Positions 48,606 to 58,736 of a stretch of 64,000 bases of DNA are shown here, one piece after another (position 1 is the first letter of the stretch; every line of letters starts with the position of its first letter). Location of the stretch: the NCBI GenBank assembly GCA_021736985.1, contig JAIPEW010000001.1, forward strand, positions 80,239 to 144,238, in the 5' to 3' direction. The translations under genes and the position numbers were made by a program. Below the pieces are notes generated by a model. That model made no database searches and was not told where the DNA came from. It was given only the letters and a program-made list of their open reading frames with translations. Origin of the DNA: Clostridiales bacterium. GTDB lineage: Bacteria; Bacillota; Desulfotomaculia; Desulfotomaculales; VENG01.

Positions 48606-49493
48606 TTGGATAAATACTTATCAATGTTTTTGGATTATCTTACAGTAGAAAGAGGACTGTCTATAAATACTATACAATCCTACAAGACAGATATTGAACA
48701 ATTTATATATTACTGCAAGCAGCAAGATAAAAACCGGGTTGACTCATTTAATCATTCTATATTAACTTTTTACTTGCTTTATTTGCGTAAAAACGGAAAA
48801 GCTCCAACAACTGTATCGCGTCACCTGGCGTCGCTGAAAGGTTTTTGTCGTTTTCTTCTTAACGAGGGAGTTATAGAACATGATCCTACTGTTAACTTTG
48901 ATTCACCGCGTTTAAAACAGCGCCTTCCAAGCATCTTATCACCCGGTGAGATAGATAAACTTTTAACCCAGCCTGATACCGGCAAGTACGCGGGAATAAG
49001 AGATAAGGCTATGCTGGAGCTGCTTTATGCCACGGGTTTGCGGGTATCGGAGATGATCTGGCTGAATAACGAACACGTTAACCTGGAACACGGCTATGTT
49101 CGGTGTTTAGGAAAGGGTTCCAAGGAAAGAATGATACCACTTGGTGATATTGCAGTCACAAGCATATCCAATTATATTACCAGGGCCAGGAATAAACTAA
49201 CCAGGGGAAAACCCGTTTTTGCTTTATTTGTAAACCAGCATGGAAAGCGGCTTACCAGACAGGGGTTTTGGAAAATTCTCAAAAAATATTCTTACCAGGC
49301 TGGTATAAAAAAAACTATTACTCCGCATACTTTTAGACATTCATTTGCTACTCATATGCTGGAAAACGGGGCCGACCTACGTTCTGTACAAGAAATGCTG
49401 GGACATGCTGATATAACAACTACGCAGATATATACGCATTTAACAAACACAAGGTTAAAAAAAATCTACAGTAAAACTCATCCCAGGGCTTAG
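48606..49493 (+). CDS. xerD: site-specific tyrosine recombinase XerD
   Basis: TTG 48606, 7 nt after AGGGGAGG (track ORF starts at GTG 48570); [12 protein letters not shown]; catalytic [10 protein letters not shown]...[14 protein letters not shown]. Confidence 0.9.
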   Translation: MDKYLSMFLDYLTVERGLSINTIQSYKTDIEQFIYYCKQQDKNRVDSFNHSILTFYLLYLRKNGKAPTTVSRHLASLKGFCRFLLNEGVIEHDPTVNFDSPRLKQRLPSILSPGEIDKLLTQPDTGKYAGIRDKAMLELLYATGLRVSEMIWLNNEHVNLEHGYVRCLGKGSKERMIPLGDIAVTSISNYITRARNKLTRGKPVFALFVNQHGKRLTRQGFWKILKKYSYQAGIKKTITPHTFRHSFATHMLENGADLRSVQEMLGHADITTTQIYTHLTNTRLKKIYSKTHPRA

Positions 49494-49513
49494 ACAAAGG
49501 GGGATGTGCTTCA

Positions 49514-50698
49514 ATGCACTATAAAGTAAATCGTGTAACATTAATTGTTTTAGACAGCGTAGGAATAGGTGAAATGCCAGATGCATGTGATTTCGGGGAT
49601 ACCGGGTCCAATACTCTTTGCAATACTGCGCGGGCCGTGGGTGGTTTAAAAGTTCCTCACCTGGCTGAACTGGGCCTGGGGAATATAAGTGAAATTCTGG
49701 GTGTTGAAAGGGAAAGAAATCCCTCGGCAGCATATGGCAAAATGGCTGAAAAATCAACAGGTAAAGATACTACTTCGGGGCACTGGGAAATAAGCGGTTT
49801 TATTTTAGATTCCCCGTTCCCGGTATATCCTGGTGGTTTTCCCGAACAAATCATTAAGGGATTTCAGGATAAAACTGGCCTGCAGGTGCTCGGTAATAAG
49901 GCTGCTTCAGGAACAAAAATTATAGAAGAACTTGGGGAGGAACATCTAAAAACCGGTAGGCCTATTGTGTATACTTCTGCAGACAGTGTATTTCAAATTG
50001 CTGCCCATGAAGAAATAATATCTCCGGCAGAATTATATTCAATATGTAAAATAGCGCGAGAAATATTAAAAGGAGAACATGCTGTAGGAAGAGTTATCGC
50101 CAGGCCGTTTATAGGAGAACCAGGTTCATTTAAGCGGACATCCAACCGGCAGGATTTTTCTCTAAAGCCTCCTGTACCTACTGTGCTGGATAAGTTAATA
50201 ATGAAAGGGTACGAAGTAATGGCTGTAGGTAAAATAGAAGATATATTTGCCGGTCAGGGAATTTCACGTTCTGTACACACAAAAGATAATATGGACGGGG
50301 TAGATCAAACGCTTAAATATATGCAGGAACAGGATACCAGCGGATTAATATTTTGCAACCTTGTTGATTTTGACTCCAAGTTTGGGCATAGAAATGATCC
50401 TGGTGGTTACGCGAATGCCCTGCACGAGTTTGACAATAGACTTCCAGAAATATTAAAACACCTGAGGGATGATGAAATACTTATTATAACAGCTGATCAC
50501 GGTTGTGATCCCACCACTGAAAGTACGGACCACTCCAGGGAGTATGTTCCGCTGCTTGTTTGCGGGAATCCTGTGGTACCGGGGGTAGACCTGGGAATTC
50601 GTGAATCTTTTACTGATATTGCTGCTGCTGTCGCAGAATTCTTCGATCTGGAAGTAGAGTATGGTACCAGTTTTGTAAGTGAAATAATCAAGCCTTGA
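49514..50698 (+). CDS. deoB: phosphopentomutase
   Basis: 394 aa; [11 protein letters not shown]-type N-terminus, TADHGCDPT motif. Confidence 0.95.
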   Translation: MHYKVNRVTLIVLDSVGIGEMPDACDFGDTGSNTLCNTARAVGGLKVPHLAELGLGNISEILGVERERNPSAAYGKMAEKSTGKDTTSGHWEISGFILDSPFPVYPGGFPEQIIKGFQDKTGLQVLGNKAASGTKIIEELGEEHLKTGRPIVYTSADSVFQIAAHEEIISPAELYSICKIAREILKGEHAVGRVIARPFIGEPGSFKRTSNRQDFSLKPPVPTVLDKLIMKGYEVMAVGKIEDIFAGQGISRSVHTKDNMDGVDQTLKYMQEQDTSGLIFCNLVDFDSKFGHRNDPGGYANALHEFDNRLPEILKHLRDDEILIITADHGCDPTTESTDHSREYVPLLVCGNPVVPGVDLGIRESFTDIAAAVAEFFDLEVEYGTSFVSEIIKP

Positions 50699-50709
50699 GG
50701 TTTTTATTT

Positions 50710-52020
50710 ATGCGTATGTACGATATTATTTTAAAAAAACGCCTGAACGGGGAACTTACTCTCGAAGAAATTAAATTTTGGATTGAAGGATGCACTTCTG
50801 GTGCTGTACCGGATTACCAGAGTTCTGCGCTTTTAATGGCTATCTGCATAAACGGGCTGAGCGAGCAGGAAACAACGAGTTTAACCACGGCAATGGCTGA
50901 ATCAGGCGAAATGGTGGATTTATCTTCTTTAGGACAGGTTATGGTGGATAAACACAGTACCGGAGGAGTTGGAGACAAAACGACACTGGTACTCGCGCCG
51001 CTGGCAGCTTCAGCAGGTGTACCGGTAGTTAAAATGAGTGGGCGAGGGCTCGGTCATACCGGGGGGACAATAGATAAGTTAGAATCAATACCGGGTTTTA
51101 AAGTTGACCTGGGCCCGGAAGAACTTTTTAACCAGGTTAAAAAAATAGGCGCGGCTGTTGCCTCGCAGACTGCTAATACAGCTCCTGCAGATAAGAAATT
51201 ATATTCTTTGAGGGATGTTACAGCCACTGTTGATAATATTTCTCTCATAGCTTCCAGCATAATGAGTAAAAAAATTGCTTCAGGTGCTGGTGCCATAGTG
51301 CTGGACGTTAAATACGGCAGCGGGGCATTTATGAAAAACCTGGAGGAGGCCCGTAAACTGGCATGTACAATGGTTCAGATTGGAAATAACGCAGGTCGTA
51401 AAACTTCGGCACTGATAACCGGTATGGACCAGCCCCTGGGGTATACTGTGGGTAATGTACTTGAAGTACGAGAATCAATAGAAACGCTGCAAAATAAAGG
51501 GCCCGCTGATCTTACAGAAGTATGCCTTGCCCTTGGAAGCCAGATGCTGGTTTTAGGCGGGGTATCAGAAAACACCGGAGAAGCAGAAAATAAATTAAAA
51601 AAAATGTTAAGCAGCGGGAAAGCTGCAGATAAATTTAAAGAAATGGTGCAAATGCAGGGGGGCAATGCAAACATAGCGGACAATCCCGGAGAAGAGTTAC
51701 CTTGTGCCGCAAATATGCAGCAAATATATTCACCGGCCAGTGGGTACATATTTAAAATTGACGCTTTGCTGATAGGAAAAACTGCTATGCTCCTGGGGGC
51801 TGGAAGGCAGGTAAAAGAAGACAGCATTGACCCGGGTGCGGGAGTCGTGCTTTATAAAAAAGCAGGGAGCAGAATACAGAAAGGAGAGCCGCTTGCAGAG
51901 CTGCATTTTAACGGGCCCGGAGAATCTCTAGAAGAGGCCCGCGAGAATATGACCCGTGCTGTAGAAATTAATGAGCATCCTCCTGAGCTTTCTCCCCTTA
52001 TAATGCATAAAATTTTATAA
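50710..52020 (+). CDS. pdp: pyrimidine-nucleoside phosphorylase
   Basis: ATG 50710 (MRMYDIILKKR); DKHSTGGVGDKT motif. Confidence 0.9.
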   Translation: MRMYDIILKKRLNGELTLEEIKFWIEGCTSGAVPDYQSSALLMAICINGLSEQETTSLTTAMAESGEMVDLSSLGQVMVDKHSTGGVGDKTTLVLAPLAASAGVPVVKMSGRGLGHTGGTIDKLESIPGFKVDLGPEELFNQVKKIGAAVASQTANTAPADKKLYSLRDVTATVDNISLIASSIMSKKIASGAGAIVLDVKYGSGAFMKNLEEARKLACTMVQIGNNAGRKTSALITGMDQPLGYTVGNVLEVRESIETLQNKGPADLTEVCLALGSQMLVLGGVSENTGEAENKLKKMLSSGKAADKFKEMVQMQGGNANIADNPGEELPCAANMQQIYSPASGYIFKIDALLIGKTAMLLGAGRQVKEDSIDPGAGVVLYKKAGSRIQKGEPLAELHFNGPGESLEEARENMTRAVEINEHPPELSPLIMHKIL

Positions 52021-52035
52021 AATAATATAAAAATT

Positions 52036-52064
52036 GCATAAACTTAATCCCTCGAAACATAATA
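52036..52064 (+). promoter_or_regulatory. candidate forespore sigma-F/sigma-G promoter of dacF
   Basis: GCATA-17 nt-CATAATA matches the sigma-G consensus (GhATr-17/18-CATxxTA); dacF is forespore-expressed in B. subtilis. Confidence 0.5.
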
Positions 52065-52097
52065 AGTTTAGCTCCTAATTTACAAGGGGGATTATGG

Positions 52098-53291
52098 ATG
52101 AAATACAACAGGTTGTTAATTTTATTGGTGCTTGTTTTATGTTTTATTTCTGTCATTCCGGCATATGCTGAGAATTCTTCACCAAGCCAGTCTAATACAG
52201 CTGATTCTCCTGCACTAGAAACTACCGCCGAATCAGCCGTTCTCATGGATTATACTTCAGGTCAAATTCTTTTTTCTAAACAGCCGGATAAAGAATTACC
52301 CATGGCAAGCGTGACCAAGTTAATGACTTTACTTCTGGCAGTAGAAGAAATTGAGAGCGGAAAAATGCCGCTGGAAGATACAATAATAACCAGTGAAACT
52401 GCAGCGGGTATGGGCGGTTCTCAAATTTATCTTGAGCCTGGTGAAGAGATGAGCGTAAAGGATATGCTGATATCTATTGCTACAGGTTCTGCTAATGATG
52501 CAAGCGTTGCAATGGCTGAAAAAATTGCCGGCTCAGAGGATTTATTTGTAGAAAAAATGAACCAGAAAGTAAAAGATCTTGGTCTCAAGCATACTCACTT
52601 TGTTAATGCTACCGGGTTACCTGCTGAGAATCATTATACCTCAGCACATGATATGGCCGTTATTTTGCGGGAATGTGTGAAACACCCGCAATTCAGGAAA
52701 GTTTCCAGCATTTATGAATATGACTTGCGCGGAGGAGAATTTAAACTTTGGAACACAAATAAACTATTGAAATGGTATAAAGGCGTTGACGCCGGAAAAA
52801 CAGGATGGACTTCAGATGCAGATTACTGTTTAGCTACCTCTGCAAAAAGAGATGATATGAGGCTTATTACTGTAGTACTGGGGACTTCCGAGCCGAGAAG
52901 TCATTTTAGAGAGTCAATAAAGATTTATGATTTTGGTTTTGCACGTTACCAGAAAGTAAAATTAGTGGATTCAGGTTCTCCAGTAAAAAACGTCAGGGTT
53001 AACAGGGGAAAATCTAAAACATTAAGACTGCTTACCGGCCAGCAGGCAGGATTAGTAACGGAAAAAGACAAAAGCCAGGGATTTTACGGTGAAGTAAATG
53101 CTCCGGAAGAAATTAATGCTCCGGTCAAAAAAGGTGAAGTGTTGGGAACTTACCATGTTTTGAAAGACAAAAAAGAGATAATGACAGTACCTTTAATTGC
53201 AGAAAATGCTGTACCCAGGGCTTCAGTATTTGGACAGATGTATAAAGTTTTAAACGAAATGTACAAAGTTGACTTTTTAAAGACGGGTTAA
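52098..53291 (+). CDS. dacF: D-alanyl-D-alanine carboxypeptidase (sporulation PBP)
   Basis: 397 aa; signal peptide, SVTKLMT (SxxK), SANDA (SxN), KTGWT (KTG); position upstream of the spoIIA operon. Confidence 0.85.
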   Translation: MKYNRLLILLVLVLCFISVIPAYAENSSPSQSNTADSPALETTAESAVLMDYTSGQILFSKQPDKELPMASVTKLMTLLLAVEEIESGKMPLEDTIITSETAAGMGGSQIYLEPGEEMSVKDMLISIATGSANDASVAMAEKIAGSEDLFVEKMNQKVKDLGLKHTHFVNATGLPAENHYTSAHDMAVILRECVKHPQFRKVSSIYEYDLRGGEFKLWNTNKLLKWYKGVDAGKTGWTSDADYCLATSAKRDDMRLITVVLGTSEPRSHFRESIKIYDFGFARYQKVKLVDSGSPVKNVRVNRGKSKTLRLLTGQQAGLVTEKDKSQGFYGEVNAPEEINAPVKKGEVLGTYHVLKDKKEIMTVPLIAENAVPRASVFGQMYKVLNEMYKVDFLKTG

Positions 53292-53304
53292 CCGTCTTTT
53301 TTTA
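53281..53304 (+). terminator. rho-independent terminator after dacF
   Basis: AGACGG-GTTAA-CCGTCT followed by TTTTTTT; the stop codon lies in the loop. Confidence 0.8.
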
Positions 53305-53375
53305 TTAGGACTTGCTATTAGAAACAAAATCTGGTAATATTTAACAGAGTAATTTTTAGCTGGTTAAGTTCGGAG

Positions 53376-53723
53376 GTGAAGTTATTGCAGTTACATACAA
53401 GTATTGAAAACCATACGCTTGTTATTAACCTGTACGGTGATATAGATATGAGCGTTACGGAAAATTTACGCAGTACATTGGAAGAAAAACTCGATAATGA
53501 ACCGGTATCAAACTTGTTAATAGATTTATCAAATGTTGAGTTTATTGACAGTTCAGGTTTGGGTGTAATCCTGGGTCGGTACAACAGGATTACCAGGTCA
53601 GGTGGAAAAGTAATTTTAACTGGCTTAAAACCACAGGTTAGAAATGTTATGGAACTTTCTGGGCTTTTGAGAATCATGGAAGAGTATAGCTCTACCGGGG
53701 AAGCCCTTTCAAATATAAGTTAG
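53376..53723 (+). CDS. spoIIAA: anti-sigma-F factor antagonist SpoIIAA (STAS)
   Basis: 115 aa; phosphorylatable Ser motif DSSGLGVILG; start GTG 53376 or TTG 53385. Confidence 0.9.
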   Translation: MKLLQLHTSIENHTLVINLYGDIDMSVTENLRSTLEEKLDNEPVSNLLIDLSNVEFIDSSGLGVILGRYNRITRSGGKVILTGLKPQVRNVMELSGLLRIMEEYSSTGEALSNIS

Positions 53724-53734
53724 GAGGGGTATAA

Positions 53735-54184
53735 TTGGCAACTTCAAACCAGTTAACCATTGAGTTTTCCAGTTTATCGGAGAATCTGTCTTTTGCACGG
53801 GTTGCTGTAGCAGCTTTTGCCTCACAAATTAATTTTACAATGCATGAACTGGAGGAAATCAAGGTAATGGTTTCCGAGGCAGTAAGTAATTCTATAACTC
53901 ATGGTTATAATAATTCTCCAGATGAAAAGGTGAAAATAAATGCTGTTATACAGGGACAGAATTTTCATCTAGAAATAGAGGATTATGGATGCGGCATCGA
54001 GGATATAGAACAAGCCATGGAACCGGCTTATTCTACATCCGAAGAAAGAATGGGGCTGGGATTTGTATTTATGCAATCTTTTAGCGAATATATGAATATT
54101 GATTCTGTTCCTGAAAAAGGCACTAAAGTTACACTTTCTAAAAGTGCTGCTTCCAATACCGAAAAAAATTATGTAACTAATTAA
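53735..54184 (+). CDS. spoIIAB: anti-sigma-F factor SpoIIAB (Ser kinase, GHKL)
   Basis: 149 aa; VSEAVSNSITHGY N-box, DYGCGIED, GLGFVFM G-boxes. Confidence 0.9.
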   Translation: MATSNQLTIEFSSLSENLSFARVAVAAFASQINFTMHELEEIKVMVSEAVSNSITHGYNNSPDEKVKINAVIQGQNFHLEIEDYGCGIEDIEQAMEPAYSTSEERMGLGFVFMQSFSEYMNIDSVPEKGTKVTLSKSAASNTEKNYVTN

Positions 54185-54195
54185 GAGGGGATATC

Positions 54196-54975
54196 ATGAG
54201 CACAAAACTTTTAGAAATGAATCTGCCGCGTTTTCCCCTGTTAAGAGACGGGGAGATGCGCGATTTGCTGGCCAGGGCCAAAGATGGTGATGAACAGGCC
54301 CGTGAAAAATTAATCAATTGTAATTTAAAATTAGTATTTAACCTGGTCAAAAGATTTCAAAACAGAGGGTATGACTTAGAAGACTTGTTTCAAATAGGTT
54401 GTATTGGCTTAATGAAAGCGATAGACAAGTTTGACCTATCTTATAATGTTAAGTTTTCTACATATGCCGTACCTATGATAGTGGGGGAGATAAGGCGTTT
54501 CTTGCGTGATGATAATCCTGTAAAAGTAAGCCGTTCTGTAAAGGAATTTGCTTATAAAGTGCAAAAGTCCCGTGAAAGTTTGTCCGGAAAGCTGGGGCGT
54601 GAGCCAACTGTTCAAGAAATAGCAGATGACCTGGGAATCAGTAAGGAAGAAGTAGTTAATGTTATGGAAGCGTCGCAGATACCTACTTCTATTTATGAAA
54701 CCCTTCACCAAGATGACGGCGACCCCATTTATCTTTTAGATCAACTCCAGGACGGAGAAGAGGGAGATACTCCCTGGTTGGATAAAATATCTGTTAAACA
54801 ATTGCTTGGCTCTTTGCCCATACGTGATCGTAAAATTTTACTCTGGCGCTTCTTTGAAGATAAAACCCAGGGTGATATTGCCGAACGCCTTGGTCTTTCA
54901 CAAGTACAGGTTTCCCGCCTGGAGAGGCAGGCACTGAAAAAACTAAAAGAATTAATGAATGAAAATAAACAATAG
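54196..54975 (+). CDS. sigF: RNA polymerase sporulation sigma factor SigF
   Basis: 259 aa; regions 2-4 (DLFQIGCIGLMKAIDKFD, STYAVPMIVGEIRRFLRD, QGDIAERLGLSQVQVSRLE). Confidence 0.95.
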   Translation: MSTKLLEMNLPRFPLLRDGEMRDLLARAKDGDEQAREKLINCNLKLVFNLVKRFQNRGYDLEDLFQIGCIGLMKAIDKFDLSYNVKFSTYAVPMIVGEIRRFLRDDNPVKVSRSVKEFAYKVQKSRESLSGKLGREPTVQEIADDLGISKEEVVNVMEASQIPTSIYETLHQDDGDPIYLLDQLQDGEEGDTPWLDKISVKQLLGSLPIRDRKILLWRFFEDKTQGDIAERLGLSQVQVSRLERQALKKLKELMNENKQ

Positions 54976-55035
54976 TGACAAGGGGACGGGGTTGGTGTCA
55001 CCCCCCAGGTGACACCAACCCCGTCCCCTTGTCAC
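54975..55035. repeat. family C perfect palindrome C1
   Basis: GTGACAAGGGGACGGGGTTGGTGTCAC (54975-55001) and its exact reverse complement (55009-55035); starts at the last base of the sigF stop codon. Confidence 0.95.
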
Positions 55036-55200
55036 TGTCCAAAATTAATTTTTTTAACCTTCCACTTATTGTCCTGCTTTTAAATTGGAGTGAACCGCTC
55101 ATCCTGCCAGGTTTTCAAATCCATATAAGACTTAACATAAATATTTTCTTTTTTTAGCTGTTTTACTTTGCCAATCTACATGCCTTGAGCATAATCGTAT

Positions 55201-55226
55201 GAGGCAGAATGCCTGTCCCCTTGTCA
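55201..55226. repeat. family C-related half site C2
   Basis: GAGGCAGAATGCCTGTCCCCTTGTCAT: small AGGCA/TGCCT hairpin fused to a CCTGTCCCCTTGTCA arm resembling the right arm of C1/C4. Confidence 0.6.
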
Positions 55227-55401
55227 TTTAGCTAAATGCGTCTTTATAATCTCCCCGGGTAAGATTGTTTAAAAAACCTTTTGCAGAACTGTCTGCCTGG
55301 ATGGCAGGTAAACGAAATAACAAAGCTGGCAAAGATAACGTAAAAAAACAACAATAAAAATAAATGTACGCAATTCAATATATATCTCTCCTAACCGTGT
55401 A

Positions 55402-55527
55402 AAGGCCGTGGTACTCGGAGTGGACGTACAGGAGGCGCATTTAAAGAGCGATTGGCCGTAGGGAGTGAGTATCTCCAGCGTTCGAGGCCGATTGATCTCG
55501 GACAATTTTATGTGCCGGAGTAGGGAG
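55402..55527 (+). repeat. family B repeat, long copy B2
   Basis: AAGGCCGTGGTACTCGGAGTGGACGTACAGGAGGCGCATTTAAAGAGCG...GAGGCCGATTGATCTCGGACAATTTTATGTGCCGGAGTAGGGAG; inverted partner at 59642-59737. Confidence 0.9.
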
Positions 55528-55768
55528 CAAAGAGTTCCACCGGCCAGCACAAACAAACTTTTTTTCTAATAAAATACTACTTAGCCTGTTTAAATATTAA
55601 ATTGTGCAAGGATTGCTTTATATTTTAGCGAATAATACATATAAAAAAAGACCAGGGACTAAACTTGCCTCCGAACAGCAGGGGAGTTTGTAAATTTATA
55701 GAAGAATGAAAAATAAATAATAAAGAAATTAAACTGCCTGTTTCTATTTAGGCAGCTTGTTGCTATAG

Positions 55769-56034
55769 TTAATTGTAGGAAAAACAATTATAAACGCTCA
55801 AGCCTGCTGCAAATATAACGCCCCAAATATATTTTGCTGCCAACGCAGCTATAAAACCCGTAATAACCTCAACAGTCTCCCAGTTTTGTTTGTTTTTCTC
55901 TTTCCGATAGGCTATGTAAACAAAATATCCCAGTAAACCAGCTGTATAACTGAACCTGTAAGAATCAAGAACTCCTATTGCAAAAAAATGAGAAAGGCAA
56001 CCAGGAAACCGCCAATGGGTAGCTTTTATTTTTT
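55769..56034 (-). pseudogene. decayed small membrane-protein gene (no start codon, apparent frameshift at an A7/T7 run)
   Basis: Minus-strand stop-to-stop frame ...AIGVLDSYRFSYTAGLLGYFVYIAYRKEKNKQNWETVEVITGFIAALAAKYIWGVIFAAGLSVYN; a hydrophobic N-terminal piece is in another frame across 55982-55988; CTGCCT/AGGCAG terminator-like hairpin at 55734-55756. Confidence 0.25.
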
Positions 56035-56165
56035 TTACTAAATTTTATAATACTAGAAATATGTTTTTTGTAACAGGTGTAATTCAGGGCAAAAAAAGGG
56101 CGTGATAGGGTGCGGTACAAGGATATTGTTATTAAATAAATAATTTTGAAAGGAAGAGTTAAACA

Positions 56166-56627
56166 ATGGATAAGATGCCGCTAATCAGCATATTGTTATA
56201 TTCCGTACCGGAAGCCTTCTTGATTTTTACCTTTGGAATGGTGATTCTGGGTCGAAAATTACCGCTCGTCAGGATTTTAACGGTTGCACTTGTAGCGGCT
56301 TTTTCTTCTTATTTCATAAGGCTTTTGCCATTTCCTTTTGGGATTCATGCTTTGTTAGGTACTATTTTAGTATTTTTATTATTTATAAAAATACTGGGAT
56401 TAAAAGTTAAGCAGGCCTTGCTGGCAACATTGATAAGCATGGGTTTCTTGCTTATCCTGGAAAATACGGTGGTTTATCTTTTAGAAATAGTATTGGATTT
56501 GACTATTAAGGAGATCTGGCAGAGACCTTTATTAAGGACTTTTATCGGCTGGCCGGATTTACTTATTTGGGCTTTTATAACACTTATATTGTACAAGAAG
56601 AAAATCCACTTGCCGTTTAGGGGTTAA
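56166..56627 (+). CDS. polytopic membrane protein, equivalent to the N-terminal sensor half of an AgrC-type kinase
   Basis: 153 aa, ~5 hydrophobic helices; same reading frame as the next ORF, separated by a TAA (56625-56627) and two sense codons. Confidence 0.6.
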   Translation: MDKMPLISILLYSVPEAFLIFTFGMVILGRKLPLVRILTVALVAAFSSYFIRLLPFPFGIHALLGTILVFLLFIKILGLKVKQALLATLISMGFLLILENTVVYLLEIVLDLTIKEIWQRPLLRTFIGWPDLLIWAFITLILYKKKIHLPFRG

Positions 56628-56633
56628 AATTTT

Positions 56634-57506
56634 ATGCTAACTTTTTTTAAGGGCCCGGTAGAAAAGTTAATTTTCTTTCTTTTAGCGGAATCTTTTTTGG
56701 TTTTGCTGGCAGTGAGGGTGATAAACTTTTATCACTTTCAATTATCTGTCTCCGACATATTAATAACAATTTTTGCAGTATGCAATTTCATAATAGGTAT
56801 TTTTATAATTGGCTGGCTTTTAAAAGTAGACTATTCAAAAAAGGAAGACAGCCTGCAAAAAAGAAACCTGGAATCAGCCGAGGAGGCGCTAAAACTAATG
56901 CGCGGTGAAAGGCACGAATTTGTCAATCACCTGAACTCTATTTACGGGTTGATAAATAGTGGAGAGCATAAAGAGGCTGCAAAGTATATTGAAGATATGG
57001 GGAACGAGTGCCGGTTTAACAGCCGGGTACTTGATATACCTAATGTATCACTGAGGTCGTTATTGCAAAACAAAAAAGATGCTGCACTGGCTGTTAATGC
57101 TGATTTTGATCTTCAAGTGCAGAGTAAGTTGGAGTATTTTCATATGAAGCCTGCCGACATAACTAAAGTGTTCGGTAATATCCTGGACAATGCAGTAGAT
57201 GCAGTTGTGAACCTGGGAAAGGAGTATCCCAAATTAATAGTCTTTTCTATAACCGAGTCGGAAACTTCCTATATTTTCAGTATAGGTAATTCTGGTCCGG
57301 CTATCAGTGATGATATTGCTGAAAACATGTTTGAAGAAGGTTTTTCAACCAGGGGGGCTTATAGGGGGTATGGCCTGGCGCTGGTGAAAAAAACTGCTGC
57401 TGCGTACGGGGGAAATGTATTTTACCAGCGTGAAGAGAATAGTTTTTTTGTTGTTATTCCTAAGTCCGGGGAGCTAGTGGAAAACACTGCAGGGGAAGAA
57501 GGATAA
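56634..57506 (+). CDS. AgrC/LytS-class (HPK10, SpoOB-type helix + GHKL) sensor histidine kinase, C-terminal part
   Basis: 290 aa; two TM, H-box GERHEFVNHLNSIYGLI, N-box FGNILDNAVDA, G-box GYGLALVKK; AGGGG lies 10 nt upstream of the ATG. Confidence 0.8.
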   Translation: MLTFFKGPVEKLIFFLLAESFLVLLAVRVINFYHFQLSVSDILITIFAVCNFIIGIFIIGWLLKVDYSKKEDSLQKRNLESAEEALKLMRGERHEFVNHLNSIYGLINSGEHKEAAKYIEDMGNECRFNSRVLDIPNVSLRSLLQNKKDAALAVNADFDLQVQSKLEYFHMKPADITKVFGNILDNAVDAVVNLGKEYPKLIVFSITESETSYIFSIGNSGPAISDDIAENMFEEGFSTRGAYRGYGLALVKKTAAAYGGNVFYQREENSFFVVIPKSGELVENTAGEEG

Positions 57507-57508
57507 GC

Positions 57509-58207
57509 ATGAGAATAGTTATTGCAGAAGATAATCCTGCTGAAATGGATTACCTGAAAAAGTTATTGCTGCAGCATGAGAACGTGAAGATATTGGGAGA
57601 AGCTGCTGATGGTGAAAAAGCCCTGGATATGATATACAGGTTAAAGCCAGAAGCAGCGTTTCTGGATATCTCTATGCCGGGAACCAGCGGTATGGCCCTG
57701 GCCCAAAAAGTCCCGGAAGACGTTTTGGTTATTTTTGTAACTGCACACAACCAGTACGCACTGGAAGCATTTGATGCGGGGTCCGTAGATTACTTGTTAA
57801 AACCGGTTACCGGGGAAAGATTAAAACAGTCTTTAGATCGTGTAAACAGGCTGCTTAACCGGAAACGGGGTTCCGAAAAAATATTTGTTAAAATAAATGG
57901 AACAGTTGTTGGTATTGATACAGATAAGATTATTTTTTTAGAGAAAGTTCCGTTTAGAAAAAAATTAACTATTTATACAATAGATAAACAATATACTCTT
58001 TCTGGAAATTTAAACGATTTTGAAGAAAAGCTAAAAGATTACGGGTTTGCCCGCTCGCACAGGAGTTTTGTGGTAAATATACATAAGATAAGTAAACTGG
58101 TTCCATGGGAGAACAAGACGTACCTCGCTGTCATGGAAGACACACAAAAAGAAGTACTGGTAAGCAGAAAGTATGCACCGGTAATAAAAAATTTATTATT
58201 TGATTAG
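57509..58207 (+). CDS. LytR/AlgR-family response regulator (REC + LytTR DNA-binding domain)
   Basis: 232 aa; MRIVIAEDN...AFLDISMPGTSG receiver; FARSHRSFVVNIHKI LytTR motif. Confidence 0.9.
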   Translation: MRIVIAEDNPAEMDYLKKLLLQHENVKILGEAADGEKALDMIYRLKPEAAFLDISMPGTSGMALAQKVPEDVLVIFVTAHNQYALEAFDAGSVDYLLKPVTGERLKQSLDRVNRLLNRKRGSEKIFVKINGTVVGIDTDKIIFLEKVPFRKKLTIYTIDKQYTLSGNLNDFEEKLKDYGFARSHRSFVVNIHKISKLVPWENKTYLAVMEDTQKEVLVSRKYAPVIKNLLFD

Positions 58208-58252
58208 AAAAGCTGATTTTTTCACTTCTTTTAAGAAGTGGGAGGTGGTAGT

Positions 58253-58711
58253 GTGTCCAGGTTGAACCGGCGAATTGATAATGTTAATACTATTGAAGAT
58301 ATAATTGACCTGGTTTATGCTGCTGCCTTGAGGTTAACCGGTGACAGCCCAAAAGGGGAAGTTCTTGCCCGAAAAGCGTTGAAGGCAGCTGTAAAACAGG
58401 ATAATACACCTAATGTTAGAACTGCATTGCAATGTTTATGTGCAGTTTTTAAAAAAGAAAGTGCAGGAAAACCTGTTTTAAAGCATTCAGGGCAAAACTG
58501 CAGTTCCTGTAATAATTATACTTTTGATGTTCAGGGGATACAAAAGGCGCTTCTTTGCCTGGGGCCCGGGGAAAGGCTTGTTCTTATCTTGCGGGAAATG
58601 TGGGGGCTTTCCTATGCTGAAATTTCATTTATAACTGGGATGAATGAAAAAGAGGTTTCTAAAACCCTGGCTTCCGGCAGGTGGTCGCTCCGCAATTGTT
58701 TTGATTTATAA
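58253..58711 (+). CDS. sigma-70-family-like protein with recognisable region 4 only
   Basis: GTG 58253 after GGGAGGTGG (track ORF from 58238); C-terminal ERLVLILREMWGLSYAEISFITGMNEKEVSKTLASGRWSLR resembles ECF sigma region 4.2; region 2 not recognisable. Confidence 0.5.
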   Translation: MSRLNRRIDNVNTIEDIIDLVYAAALRLTGDSPKGEVLARKALKAAVKQDNTPNVRTALQCLCAVFKKESAGKPVLKHSGQNCSSCNNYTFDVQGIQKALLCLGPGERLVLILREMWGLSYAEISFITGMNEKEVSKTLASGRWSLRNCFDL

Positions 58712-58736
58712 TTGTTTTAATGAAAGCAGGTATAAA

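Noticed and set aside
54975-55556. ORFs 54975..55157 (+) and 55269..55556 (-)
   Set aside because: The first starts inside palindrome C1 (MTRGRGWCHPPGDTNPVPLS is a translation of the hairpin). The second is a translation of repeat B2. Neither has an RBS or plausible composition.
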